Part shown: positions 12,398 through 25,214 of the stretch, in pieces
How the letters are laid out: every line of letters starts with the position of its first letter
Numbering within the stretch: the first letter of the stretch is position 1
Assembly: GCA_951406725.2 (NCBI GenBank)
Contig: OX597832.1
Coordinates: 57,846,001-57,910,000, forward strand
Reading direction: 5' to 3'
Length of the DNA: 64,000 nt
Source: Octopus vulgaris
Taxonomy: Eukaryota
Program-made: the position numbers and the translations under genes
The notes under the pieces: model-generated
Seen by the model: the letters and a program-made list of their open reading frames with translations, nothing else
What the model was told of the DNA's origin: nothing
Databases searched by the model: none

Positions 12398-12801
12398 AGG
12401 AGTGGCTGTGTGGTAAGTAGCTTGCTAACCAGCCACATGGTTCCGGGTTCAGTCCCACTGTGTGGCACCTTGGGCAAGTGTCTTCTGCTATAGCCCCGGG
12501 CCGATCAATGCCTTGTGAGTGGATTTGGTAGACGGAAACTGAAAGAAGCCTGTCGTATATATGTATATATATATATATATCTATGTATGTATGTATGTGT
12601 GTGTGTCTGTGTTTGTCCCCCCTAGCATTGCTTGACAACCGATGCTGGTGTGTTTACGTCCCCGTCACTTTGTGGTTCGGCAAAAAGAGACCGATTTGAA
12701 TAAGTACTGGGCTTACAAAGAATAAGTCCCAGGGTCGATTTGCTCGACTAAAGGTGGTGCTCCAGCATGGCCGCAGTTAAATGACTGAAACAAGTAAAAG
12801 A
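12398..12801 (+). mobile_element. SINE family A, full length
   Basis: tRNA-like head GGAGTGGCTGTGTGGTAAG...GGTTCAGTCCC, internal (TA)/(TG) tract, 3' tail GGTGCTCCAGCATGGCCGCAGTTAAATGACTGAAACAAGTAAAAG. Confidence 0.9.
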
Positions 12802-12861
12802 AAAAAATGTCTTGATTGAATCACGCACACACACACACAATAGCACACCCTAGCACTCTGT

Positions 12862-13226
12862 CCATTATGGCAATGAGGGTTCCAGCTGATCCGATCAACG
12901 GAACAGCCTGCTCGTGAAATTAATGTGCAAGTGGCTGAGCGCTCCACAGACATGTATACCCTTAATGTAGTTCTTGGGGAGATTCAGCGTGACACAGAGT
13001 TTGACAAGGCTGGCCCTTTGAAATACAGGTACAACAGAAACAGGAAGAAAGAGTGAGAAAAAGCTGTGGTAAAAGAGTACAGCAGGGTTTGCCACCACCC
13101 CCTGCCATAGCCTTTTGGAGCTTGAAGTGTTTTCACTCAATAAACACTCACAATGCCTGGTCTGGGAATCAAAACCGCGATCCTACGACTGCAAATCTTC
13201 TGCCCTAACCACTAGGCCATTGCCAC
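12862..13226 (-). mobile_element. SINE family C
   Basis: GAGGGTTCCAGCTGATCCGATCAACGGAACAGCCTGCTCGTGAAATTAA shared with 34726-35310, 40910-41205 and 47988-48313; tRNA head at the right end. Confidence 0.85.
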
Positions 13227-14097
13227 ACACACTCGAACACATTACAAAAGTGTGGCTGTGTGGTAAGAAGTTTGCATCCCAACTACCTGATGCCAGGTTC
13301 AGTCCCACTGTGTGTGGCACCTTCTGTCACACACAGACTGACAGAAACACACTTGCAGTTTCTGTCAACTGAATTCTTTCACAACTTATTCTTTCCTTTT
13401 CTATGCTCAAAGCCTGGAATTTTAGGGGAGTGAGCCAGTCGATTAGATCGACTCCTGTACCCAACTGGTACGTAATTTATTGACCCCAAAAGGATGAAAG
13501 GCAATTTCGCCCGGAGTGCTACTGCTTCTGCCAGCTCGCTGCCTTTAAATAATCTTTTCTTCTCTAGGCACAAAGCCCGAAATTTTTGGGGAGGGAAGGG
13601 GCCCAGTCAATTAGATTGACCCCAATATGTGAATGGTACTTAATTTATCGAGCCTCAAAGGATGAAAGCCAAAGTTGACCTCAGCAGAATTTGAACTCAG
13701 AATGTAAAGACAGTTGAAATACCACTAAGCATTTTGCCTGACATGACATGCTAACATTTCTGCCAGCTCACTGCGTTTTACAACATATTGGTTGCCTCAT
13801 GGATCAAGTAGTAGATCACTTGGCTAAGTTGAGATGTAGTGGAACTGAACCCAAAGCAACATGGCTCAGAAATGAACTTATTAAGCACACAGCCATGCCT
13901 GCATATATGCATATACATATATATTAGAAAGGCAGTGAGCTGGCAGAATTGTTAGCATGCTGGGCAAAATGCTTAGCAGTATTTCATCCGTCCTTACGTT
14001 CCACTGAAGTCGACTGCATTTCATCCTTTCAGGGTCAATCGACTTAATCCCTTTGTCCTTGTTTGTCCCCTTGTGGGCAATAGAGAAATAAATATGT

Positions 14098-14506
14098 ATA
14101 TATATTAGAAAGAAAGAATCAAAATGAAAGCAAAAAATGTGGTGTCACTTAAGAACATGTAATTTATAATCCAAACATAATTGCAAAGTTGTTAGAGTAA
14201 ATAAGGGATTAAGAATTAATGCATAAAATCTCCTACAGCTGTTTCTAGAATTGTTGCACACATGGTACATAGGTCATTGAGCAAAAATTTCCATATAAGC
14301 CAACAATACTCTCTGATGATGAAACTGGTAACTACTAATATCCTTTATTGAGGATCTTCTTTAATTCTTCCGCTCTGAAATTTGGGCAGTTGTCTTATAT
14401 GGAAATCTTTACTTAATGAGAAATGCACTGCGATTATGTTTGAATTTACATGTTCCAAAGTGATACTACTTGTTTTGCTCATTCATTCTTTCTTTCTAAT
14501 ATATAT
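14098..14506. repeat. Old imperfect inverted repeat between TA tracts (PLE-like fold-back)
   Basis: ATATATTAGAAAGAAAGAAT / ATTCTTTCTTTCTAATATAT and TTTCCATATAAG / CTTATATGGAAA are mirror pairs; GAAACAGCTGTA lies on the minus strand near 14233-14245. Confidence 0.65.
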
Positions 14507-15866
14507 CTTTTTGCTCAATGATAAACCACTTATAGCCATTCTTTGCTAGGCAGCTACAAAACCACTTTTGTTTTAGTTGCAGTTTGAACCAGAGCTTTTG
14601 TGGTAAATCAACTTGAGCACTTATAGTACATACCTTTTACATTATGTAGTTAGATGGCATTTTTTTATGCATACACACACACACACATGCACATATACAT
14701 GCATATACAAATATGTATATGTTCACATGTGTGTGTATATATATATATATATGTATGTGTGTGTTTGCATTTGTGTATGTATATATACTAACACATACAT
14801 ATATATACACACTAATGACTCATCATTGTTTGTTTGTGTAGCGGTATGGTACTAGTGTATTATTGTTTTGGTAAAATCGACCAAAAGTTTTTTTTTCGTA
14901 TTTCAGATTTTCAAAACCAGGTCACAAAATAGTTTTAATTCAAATGACTTATTTTTATTATTATCATTATTATTATTATTATTACTATTATTATTATTAC
15001 TACTACTACTACTACCATGTTTGTTATAATAATGTAGTGGTAACTATCTTTGTAAAAGTAAATTTATTTTGTTATTTAAATTTCACAATGCATTTTGATT
15101 TAACAATAACAAATGCAGTTTCACCTGAAGTTATAAAATTATGTGAAGAAAATTATAAAAATATAAAAATAAAATGTTTGAAGCAGACATGTACGGTCAG
15201 TGAACGGAACTTTTGATAAACCAAATCAAAATAAACAAATTTTGTTGAAATATCTTTTAAAGTATTGTCAGTTTAAAACTAAATAACTATGTTGAATATC
15301 TCTTAGCATTCACTTTAAGTGTAGGCATGGCTGTGTGGTAAGGGAGCATGTTTTGTAACCAGGTAGTTTGGGGTTCAGTCTCAGTGCATGGCACCTTGGG
15401 CAAATGTCTTCTTCTATCTCTCTGGGTTATAATTATATCTATATAATTATATTTCAGTAGTTAATGCAAACATGAACAAGAAGAAAACACAACAACGCGA
15501 GGACGTGGAACAAGTATAGTGTTATTGGACGCTCAGGAAAGGAAATATATATGGGTGGGGCAGCTGTGGTTGTGGCAACTTGGGCAAGTGTACACTGCAT
15601 CTTATTTGCAGAAACAGCTGTTAGTTAACAAAGTTCATAAGACAATTGTTTATTCTTATGTCAGCTCTTTTCCTTACGACCACTCTGCACTCGACTAATG
15701 CTTCATTCTGTACATTGTGTTCTACACCTGGTTATTTATATCGCAACTCTTAACCAAAAATTACACACACACACATTATGGGGTTCATTCAGGTTCCACT
15801 CATGAAGCATTTTTTGTGTATATATTTCTACCTTTTAATTCATTCTTGTTCTGTTTTCCATTGCAG

Positions 15867-15965
15867 ATGGAAGTGGAATGGGAACAGGTGCAAGCTAAAA
15901 TCGCCAAGGAATATCAACAGGAGAAAGAACGTTCACCTGCGGTGGCGAGCAGCCGAATGAAGTAG
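15867..15965 (+). CDS. Probable terminal coding exon of an unidentified host gene (MEVEWEQVQAKIAKEYQQEKERSPAVASSRMK*)
   Basis: Strong acceptor TTCTTGTTCTGTTTTCCATTGCAG|, abrupt switch to non-repetitive codon-like sequence, TAG stop, then UTR-like unique sequence. No upstream exon was identified. Confidence 0.6.
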   Translation: MEVEWEQVQAKIAKEYQQEKERSPAVASSRMK

Positions 15966-16176
15966 CCTTACTCAATCTGTCCACTGTGCTGTACTGGATG
16001 TATATTTCTTTGACCGGGTCACTGTACTTCTGTAGCATGGACTTGTTTCATGGGGGTCTCCATTTACTACGTGTATTCATTCACCCATTCACACTGTTTC
16101 TCAGTCTTTGTCTCAAGCATACAATCATAGTTAAGTAGACGCCAGTATATTTGATGTAGTAAGTGAAGAAATGTAA

Positions 16177-17075
16177 CTTATGTGAATTATTATTATTATT
16201 ATTATTAATATTATGGTGGCAAGTTGGTAGAATTGTTAGCACGTTGGATGAAATGCTTAGCAGCATTTCATCTGTTTTTATGTTCCGAGTTCAAATTCTG
16301 CCGAGGTCACTGTTGCCTTTCATCCTTTTGGGGTCGATAAATTAAGTACCAGTTGAGTATTGAGGTCAATATGATTGACTGTCCCCCTCCCCAAAAAATC
16401 CAGGCCTTGTGCCTAGAGTAGAAAGGATTGTTGTTGTTATTATTATTATTATTATTAAGGTGGCGAGCTGGCAGAAACATTAGCATGCCTGGCAAAATGT
16501 TTAGCAAGCATTTTGTCTGTTTGCATGTTCTGGGTTCAAATTCCACTGAGGTCAGCTTTGTCTATCATCCTTTCAAGGGTTGATAAATGAAGTACCAGCT
16601 GAACACTGGGGTCAATGTAATCAACTAGTACCCTCCTCCAAAATTCCTGGCCTTGTGCCAAAATTTGAAACTTGTTGTTGTTGTTGCTGCTATTATTATT
16701 ATTATTATTATTCTCTAAAAGGACAAAGGGGGCAAAGTGGCAGAATCATTAGAGCAGTGGAAGAAATGCTTTACAGTATTTATTCTGAATCTTTATATTC
16801 TGAGTTCAAATCCCACAAAAGTCGGCTTTACTTTTCATACCTCTGAGGTTGGTAATGTGTTGGATAATTGTTGGAACATCACAAAGAACTGCTTTGTGGT
16901 TTTTTTTTACTCTTTACATCATGAATTCAAATTCCATTAATGTTGGTTTTGACTTTCATCCTTTTGATGTTCATGCAAAAAAAGTACCAATCAGATACTG
17001 GGGGTTGATAGTATTGATTACCACCCCCATCCCTCAAAAATTGCTGACCTTATGTTTCAATTTTGGACATATTCT
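16177..17075 (+). mobile_element. Head-to-tail array of ~4 SINE B copies separated by (TTA)n/(TTG)n
   Basis: Heads at ~16214, ~16459, ~16728 and ~16847, all in the same orientation. Confidence 0.85.
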
Positions 17076-18219
17076 CTAAAAGGACCAATTCTAGTTAAAA
17101 TGGACATGGGAAACAATTTAAATTTTAATTGAAGTTTCTTGGTTTACTACATCACTTGTACTAGTGTCTACTCTACTGTTATGTTTTTATGCAACAGACG
17201 TCCCTGGGTAATTTCTTCCTGGTCCTTTTTCTATACATTCATACTTATACAGATATTCACACAGACACACACCTTGCAGCCTATGTTTCTCTGATAAACT
17301 CTCTATTATTACCTGAATTCTGAGAAACATTTTTGCTTTTACATTGGTCATTTAGGGAAATTATTAAAACAAACCCAATAAATCAATACCTATGTCATAA
17401 CTATATCCTCAAATGATGAAAAACTGAAACACAAACTCAGTTGAATCACACATACCCCTAATCTGGTCAGTTTTTAGTGTGATGTTGTGCTGGGTTTCAA
17501 GCTGGGGTGGGCTTCACTTTAGGGACTCTAGGTTAAATTTCTTATCTCTTTTTATGTTTCAGTACCCTGTGGATGGGCCAGGTACTCTCCCAGTAACATA
17601 ATTAATAGGTTTGCTTATATTTTCGCTCTAAAATTTTAATTATTTTTTATTCATTTTTCATTTCTAAGAACAAAAAATAAAATAATTAAAAAAAAACAAA
17701 ACAATGTCAGCTATCAATTCATATTATTCTGTTGTTTATCTCCATCCACCCTTGCACTTTTGAAATTTCAACAATATCATTGCTATTTTTAGAATGACAT
17801 TGTAGGGTAGGTGTGAGAGGCTAAAACCGGTCAGTTTGAACATAAAACGGGTAGAATATTTTGGTTGGATGGAGCTGGTTTAAGTGCTAAAGGGTTAATG
17901 ATACAGACTGGCTAACAAATGAGATCAGTTGAGCTTTTTAATGTATGTCCTCCTCCTTCTACTCATTATTGTTCTGTCCCACTTCTTTACTTCAGCTTTC
18001 ACTACATTTATTAGACATCCACTTCTGACCTCATCCACCATTTCACTGCTATGGGTTTCTAGTAAAGCAGACCTTGCTGCTCTGCCGGCTATACCCCTAT
18101 CTATCTGAACCACCCCAGGAAGTTGAGCTGTGTTTGTCTGGACTCTTGAATGAAATTACTGTTACGGTGAGCTAGTTTTGGAGATGTTATTCTCATCTTG
18201 ATAAGACGAGCCATGTGCT

Positions 18220-18358
18220 GAAGTTTGTTCAGTCAAGTACCATCATCCTTCCAGAAGTTTGTTCAGTCAAGAACCGTCATCCTTTCAGAAGTTTGTTCAG
18301 TCAAGAACTGTCATCTTTCCAGAAGTCTGTCCAGTCAAATACCGTCATCCCTCCAGAA
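18220..18358. repeat. 34-bp minisatellite x4
   Basis: Unit GAAGTTTGTTCAGTCAAGTACCATCATCCTTCCA starts at 18220, 18254, 18288 and 18322. Confidence 0.95.
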
Positions 18359-19167
18359 ATCTGAGGCTCAAACTTATTAAGACGGCAAACTGGCAGAATT
18401 GTTAGAGTGCCAGAAAAAATGCTTTTTGCAGTATTTCTTCTGACTTTTTCTATTCCAAATTCAAATACTGAGATTGACTTTGCTTGTCAACCTTTTGGTG
18501 GAGTGAGGCCAGGGTTCATAAAATAAGTATCTGACAAGTACTTGGATCAATAGAATCAAATTACCTGCCTCCCCTCCAAATTTCTTGCTTTGTGCCAAAA
18601 TTAGGATTATTATTTTTAATTATTATTAAACAGTAAGCTGACAGAAGTGGAGGCACATGGCCTAGTGGTTTGAGCAGCGGACTCACGGTCGAGGGATCGT
18701 GGGTTCGAATCTCAGACCGGGCGATATATGTGTTTATGAGTGGAACACCTAAGCACCACGCGGCTCCGGCAGAAGGTAATGGCAAACTTCTGCTGACTCT
18801 TTCGCCACAACTTTCTCTCACACTTTCTTCCTGCATCTTGCAGCTCACCTGCGACGGACCAGCGTCCCGTCCAGGTGGGGAACCTATACACCAAAGAAAC
18901 CAAGAGACCGGCCCTTATGAGCCAGGCATGGCTCGAGAAGGAACAAAGAAGCTGGCAGAATCTTAAACATCCTATACAATATTTTTTGTTGGCATTTCAT
19001 CCAGCTTTACTGAGGACAGTTTTGCTTTTCACTCTTTCATGGTTGATAAAATAAGTACCAGTTAAGTACTGAGGTCAATGTAATTGGCTTCTGTCTCTTA
19101 TGAAAACTGCTGCCTTTGTACCAAAATTAGAAAGTTTTATTTTCATCATTATTATTATTATTATTAA

Positions 19168-19630
19168 GGTGGCAAGCTGGTAGAGTCGTTAGCACGCCAG
19201 GTGAAAATACTTAGCCGTATGTACTCTGCAGCTATGTTCTGAGCTCAAATTCTGCCAAGGTCGACTTTGCCTTTCATCCTTTTGGGATCGATAAATTAAA
19301 TACCAGTGAAACACTGGGGTCGATACAATCGACTTATTCCTTCCCCACAATTTCAGGCCTTATGCTGATAGTAGAAAGGATTATTATTATTATTATTATT
19401 ATTATCATTATTAATAGGGTGGTGAGCTGACAGAATAGTTAGCATGCCGGGCAAAATGCTTAGTAGCATTTCATCCATCTTGATGTTCTGAGTTCAAACT
19501 CCACTGAGGTTGACTTTGTCTTTCATCCTTTTGGAGGTTGATAAACCAAGTACCGGTGATACACTGGCGTTGATGTAATTGACTCATCCCCTCTCCCAAA
19601 ATTTCAGGTCTTGTACTTTTAGTAAGGATT
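19168..19630 (+). mobile_element. Two tandem SINE B copies with (TTA)n spacers
   Basis: Family B head and body motifs occur twice. Confidence 0.85.
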
Positions 19631-19754
19631 ATTATTATTACTATTATCATTAAATAGGATTGGAGCCATAGGGTACTCTGACCCAAACTAGATGGTGGCC
19701 CCTCGCCCTGCTTGGTGGGTTACTCCCAATTATCATATTTGTATTTATTCATTA

Positions 19755-19792
<38 letters not shown>

Positions 19793-20676
19793 ATGCATTG
19801 CATGTTTTTTACCTCACCCCCTTGTTTATATACATCTATGTATACACGCCCACACATCCTGTAAACCAATTCATTTTAATGTGGTTTGTGTAAAATATAT
19901 ATATATATATATATATATGTGTATATATTTAAATGGGCCCTTGTGGCAAATAAAGGAAAATATCATCATCATCATCACTATCATGGTGCTGGATTGGCAG
20001 AATCAGTAGAGCATTGGACAAAATGCTTCATGCTATTTTGTTGTAGCTCTTTCCATTCTGAGTTCAAATCCTGCTGGGGTCAATTTTGCCTTTTGTCCCA
20101 TAAGGGGCAATAAAACAGAATCCTAGTGATACCCTGGGGTCGATTTAACTGAGTCACATCCTCCTTCTGCACTCAACATTGCCAGCCTTGTGCCTAAATT
20201 AAATTTCTATATATATATATATTTTTTTGTGTTATTAGATTTCTTGTATTTTATTGTTCATAATAAATGAATAAAATAAATAATAAATGAGTTTGTTGTT
20301 TTTTTTTTCTTTCTGTCTGGTTATTGATGATCTGAAATATCTATATTTATTGATTTTTGATTCCTTTTTTTTTGTTCTGGTTGAAGTTGTTATTTTCAAT
20401 GACAAGTCAGTTATCGCAAACAAGTTTATGATTGAGTGTGTCCATGTTTGTGTATGTATATATCTGCATTTGTGTATTCACGTATATCTATATGTATGTG
20501 CATATATGTCTAAGCAAATGAGTTTATATATATATATATATATATAAAGATATATTTATATAAATTATCAAGGTGGCTGTTTGCAATTTAGTACCAAAAG
20601 GTAGAAGTATAGTCGTCACTAAAGTGACAGAGTGTTAGTCAGTACCAGTATTGCTAGAAATATATATATATATATA

Positions 20677-20878
20677 CTCTCTTTTACTCTTTTACATGTG
20701 ACTGTGGCCATGCTTCAGCACCGCCTTTAGTCAAGCAAATTGACCCCAGGACTTATTCTTTGTAAGCCTAATACTTATTCTATTGGTCTCTTTTGCCGAA
20801 CCGCTAAGTCACGGGGACATAAACACACCAGCATCGGTTGTCAAGCAATGTTGGGGGAACAAACACAGACACACAAAC

Positions 20879-20917
<39 letters not shown>

Positions 20918-21083
20918 CACGACGGGCTTCTTTCAGTTTCCGTGTACCAAATCCACTCACAAGGATTTGGTTGGCCCGAAACTATAGTAGAAGACACTTG
21001 CCCAAGGTGCCACACAGTGGGACTGAACCCGGAACCATGTGGTTTATAAGCAAGCTACTTACCACACAGCCACTCCTACGCCT
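20677..21083 (-). mobile_element. SINE family A, full length; further minus-strand copies at 5500-5665, 21414-21712, 47490-47897, 53460-53775
   Basis: Reverse complement of 12398-12801. Confidence 0.9.
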
Positions 21084-22038
21084 ATATTTATATATTATTA
21101 TTATTATTAAATGCATATACTAATGTATATGTTTTGTGTATTTTCTGGTGGCCTCAGTGGCATAGCAGGGTATATAACCCTCAAGTCGCTGGTGTTAAAA
21201 CACCTTAGAGTCATGGACATCGATGTTTTGCCGTTTTTGTGGCTTTTCAACATCACGTACCTGCCTGGGTTGAAGATGAGTCACCTGGCTAGTCCAAGGA
21301 CTTGTTTGCTCCTGGCTTGTAAAGTCATGAGCTGGTATGCCCGGAAATTGTATACCTAAGAGAAAATGTACATATGAAGTAAAAGCAGGTCTAGTGTTTT
21401 CTTTTTGTTTTTTTATTTGTTTCAGTCATTTGACTGCAGCCATGCTGGAGCACTGCCTTTAATCGAACAAATCGACCCCAGGACTTATTTCTTGTAAACC
21501 TAGTATTTATTCTATTGGTGTATTTTGCCAAACCGCTAAGTTACGGGGACGTAAACACAGCAACATCAGTTGTCAAGCAATGGTGGGGGACAAACACAGG
21601 AACACACAACACACATATATATAACGGGCTTCTTTCAGTTTCCGTCTACCAAATCTACTCACATGGCTTTGGTCAGCCCGAGTCTATAGTAGAAGATACT
21701 TGCCCAAGGTGCCTTGCGCCTATAAAGGTAAAATCGACCTCGGCAGAATTTGAACTCAGAATGTAGTGACAGGTGAAATACCTCTAAACATTTCCTCTGG
21801 TGTTCTAACGATTCTGCCAGCTTACCACCCTTTTTTTATGTGTAATATTATTAAATACACAATATATATATTTTTTTATGTGTAATGAATATTAAATTTT
21901 ATGTGTAATATATATATATATATATTGTGTATTTAATAATATTTATATATAAATATTTGAAATTTACAGAAAAACAAAAGATGAAGGTGTAAAAACAATA
22001 AACGTGTATTAGTTTGATGCTCGGGAAGGTTAGAAAGT

Positions 22039-22074
22039 CTTTTACATTTCAAGCCTATGCTCTTCAACAGAAAG
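22039..22074 (-). ncRNA. Minimal type I hammerhead-like motif with variant core CUGUUGA(A), inside a PLE-like repeat (~21958-22125)
   Basis: Minus strand: CUUU CUGUUGA A GAGC AUAG GCUU GAAAU GUA AAAG. Confidence 0.55.
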
Positions 22075-22165
22075 GAACAGGAGGAAATGAAGAGAGAGAG
22101 AGGATATAAAAACTTTTGGAGTTAGCGGTCAATCATGGTGATACAACGAGCTTCTTTCAGTTTCT

Positions 22166-22393
22166 TATTTTTTTAACTGCCTACAAAGGGCTACACACAG
22201 AGAGGACAAAAAAGGACAAACGGATTAAGTCGATTATATCGACCCCAGTGCGTAACTGGTACTTATTTAATCGACCCCGAAATGATGAAAGGCAAAGTTG
22301 ACCTCGGCGGAATTTGAACTCAGAACGTAGCGGCAGACGAAATACGGCTACGCATTTCGCCCGGCGTGCTAACGTTTTTGCCAGCTCGCCGCC
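22166..22393 (-). mobile_element. Young SINE B inserted into a SINE A, 14-bp TSD
   Basis: TTCTTTCAGTTTCT on both sides. Confidence 0.85.
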
Positions 22394-22737
22394 ATATTCT
22401 TTCAGTTTCTGTCTACCAAATCCATGCACAAGGCTTTGGTCAGTCCGAAGCTACAGTAGAAGTCATTTGCTCAAGGTGTCACACAGTGGGACTGAACCCG
22501 GAACCATGTGGTTGGGAAGCAAGCTTTTTACCAGTCACATTCATGCTCTTAACTTCTTATTACCTGACACAAAGCCACCTCTTTTGATAATTCTACCCAC
22601 TTCAGTTTATGGCTCTCACTGTTTAGGCCTGGCATCCCAATACGCTATGTTTCACAGTTAGAATCTGAGGCTACAGCAATCACTCCCCTTGTCCCCTTGC
22701 TTCAGCCAGAAATACCATCTGCGAAATACCAATACAA

Positions 22738-22972
22738 AGGCGGCGAGCTGGTAGAAACGTTAGCACGCCGGGTGAAATACTTTACGGTTTTTCGTCTGCC
22801 TCTACGTTCTGAGTTCAAATTCCGTCGAGGTCGACTTTGCCTTTCATCCCTTTCGGGGTCGATTAAATAAGTACCAGTTACGCACTGGGGTCGATATAAT
22901 CGACTTAATCTGTTTGTCTGTCCTTGTTTGTCCCCTCTGTGGGTAGCCTCTTGTGGGCAGTAAAGAAATAAG
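22738..22972 (+). mobile_element. Young SINE B with ~17-bp TSD
   Basis: AGAAATACCATCTGCGA at ~22708 and ~22971. Confidence 0.85.
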
Positions 22973-23378
22973 AAATACCATCTGCGAGATGATAACTATC
23001 AATTTCTCCTCGAAGTTGTCAACGGGCTTTAATGATGACAGACTATATACGGAACTTACAGTGGAACATTAGTAAAAAAGATGAATTTTTGTAACAAGCA
23101 GTTTTCACAATGCAGAACACACACACACATACTGTCCAGACACAAATACTTAGCATTAATTTAAAACACGAATATTTACAATAAACGTATGTTTGCAGAA
23201 ATACTAAAACTTGCTCATTCAACTTTATACTGATCTAGCTGCAGGAAAACATGTTCACCTAATCAAACCCACTTGCATTTTGCATAAACATACAACTGTG
23301 AAGTAGTTGGGGTTAGGAAAGACATCCAACCATAGAAATCGTATCAAAGCTGACACTGGGACCCTGTGAAGTCTCCAG

Positions 23379-24971
23379 ATTCATCGGCTCTCGTCAAACT
23401 GTCCAAACCATGCCAGCATGGAAAACAGACGTTAAATGACAATGCACACCGACACAAGCTTCTGTTCGACTTGCACACACAGCAAGCAAACCCGCACAAT
23501 TTCGCAGATATCGTTCAATACCCCGCTTGAATTTAGCATAAACGTAAGTAGTATAATTGTCGGTCACTGGGTTGGTTCACTACCTGTTTTATTCTCTGCT
23601 GCTAGAATATTTGAATCAGGTCTTGGTATTGAGCCTTATTGATTTTTTTTGTTATCAGTAATCTATAAAGGGCTTAATGTAACGACTTAAATCACATCCT
23701 CATTGAACAGGTGACGTTTTGGTTGTTCACCAGCTTTATTAGCCAATCAGAAACGAGTCATCTGTCAGCCATTGCATTTATATAAACAGCACAAGCTCTT
23801 TTATTCAGCACTTAACAGCTATGAATAAATAAGTCATTCTTGATTCTATCTCAGACAAGGCACCTCAGATAGAAATCATGTTTCTACACTCGTCCAGTTA
23901 GTTTCAACTCATAACCACGGGGTCACGTTGGTCAATAACGATATTTACATAACTTGTGAATTATTCACTGATCAGATGCAATCGTGAGTGTATACCTAAA
24001 AATACGGACGACATATCGCAAAGCATTTTACCTGCCGTGCTGATGATTCTACCAGCTCGCTGTCTTAATAGTGATAATGATGAGGATGATGATGATGATA
24101 AAATAATGTGTCTATTTTATTTTCCAACGTGCCACCAGAAAACAGACCTCTTCACGTCCGATTGGTACAATATCTTAAAGTAGTCAAACTGAAACAGCAT
24201 GTATCCACTACAAATAGCGTACATGTTAGGACAGAAATTCGTGCATAGACAAGTTTCAACATACAACATTAATACAAATTAAACGCACATAAATATTTGT
24301 AGGAAAATATTAGGTATACACTCACGATTGCATCTGATCAGTGAATAATTCACAAGTTATGTAATTATCGTTATTTACCAAAGTGACCCAGCAAAAAGAG
24401 CGAATGGCACAGTGTTTTTTGTTCTGATAAAATGTGGTTATGAGTTGAAACTAACTGGATGAGTGTAGAAACATGGTTTCTATCTGAGGTGTCTTGTCTG
24501 AGATAGAATCGAGAATAACTTATTTATTCATAGCTGTTAAGAGCAGAATAAAGAGCTTGTGCTGTTTATATAAATACAATGGCTGACAGATGACTGGTTT
24601 CTGATTGGCTAATAAAGCTGTTGAACAACCAAAACGTCACCTGTTCAATGAGGATGTGATTTAAGTCGTTACATTAACCCTTTTCTAGATTACTGATAAG
24701 AAAATAATCAATAAGGCTAATACCAGGACGCTGATTCAAATATTCTAGCAGCAGTGAATAAAACAGGTAGTGAACTAACCCAGTGACCGACAATTATACC
24801 ACGTATGTTTATACTAAATTCAAGTGGGGTATTGAACGATATCTGCGAAATTGTGCGGGTTTGCTTGCTGTGTGTGCAAGTCGAACAGAAGCTTGTGTCT
24901 GCGTGCATCGTCACTTAACGTCTGTTTTCCATGCTGGCATGGTTTGGACAGTTTGACGAGAACCGATGAAT
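23379..24971. repeat. Local inverted duplication: arms 23379-23999 and 24310-24971, 310-bp spacer
   Basis: Arms align as reverse complements along their length (the ORF track shows near-identical peptides at 23436+ and 24914-); the right arm has ~43 extra nt. Confidence 0.93.
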
Positions 24972-25182
24972 TTACGTTCTCAGTTCAAATTTCGCTGAGG
25001 TCGACTTTGCCTTTCGTCCTTTCGGGTTCGATAAAATAAGTACCAAATGAGCCCTAGGATCGATGTAATCAACTTTTCCACCCCTTGCAATTGCTGGCCT
25101 TGTGCCAAAAAGCAAAGCATATTATTATTATTATAATCGTTAGTTCGCCGGACTAAATGCTTAGCGTCATTTCTTCTGGCTC

Positions 25183-25214
<32 letters not shown>

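Noticed and set aside
12398-12470. tRNA genes at SINE heads
   Set aside because: A/B boxes are present, but each continues into a SINE body and no complete cloverleaf was seen.
18220-18358. 34-bp repeats as a CRISPR array (also 25645-25776)
   Set aside because: The units are contiguous with no unique spacers, there are no cas genes, and the context is eukaryotic.
20740-21123. Recurring peptides such as VSVYQIHSQGFG..EDTCPRCH as a gene family
   Set aside because: They are antisense translations of SINE A.
24455-24482. CUGGAUGA-GUGUA-GAAACAUGGUU as a hammerhead
   Set aside because: No helix II and the core spacing is wrong.
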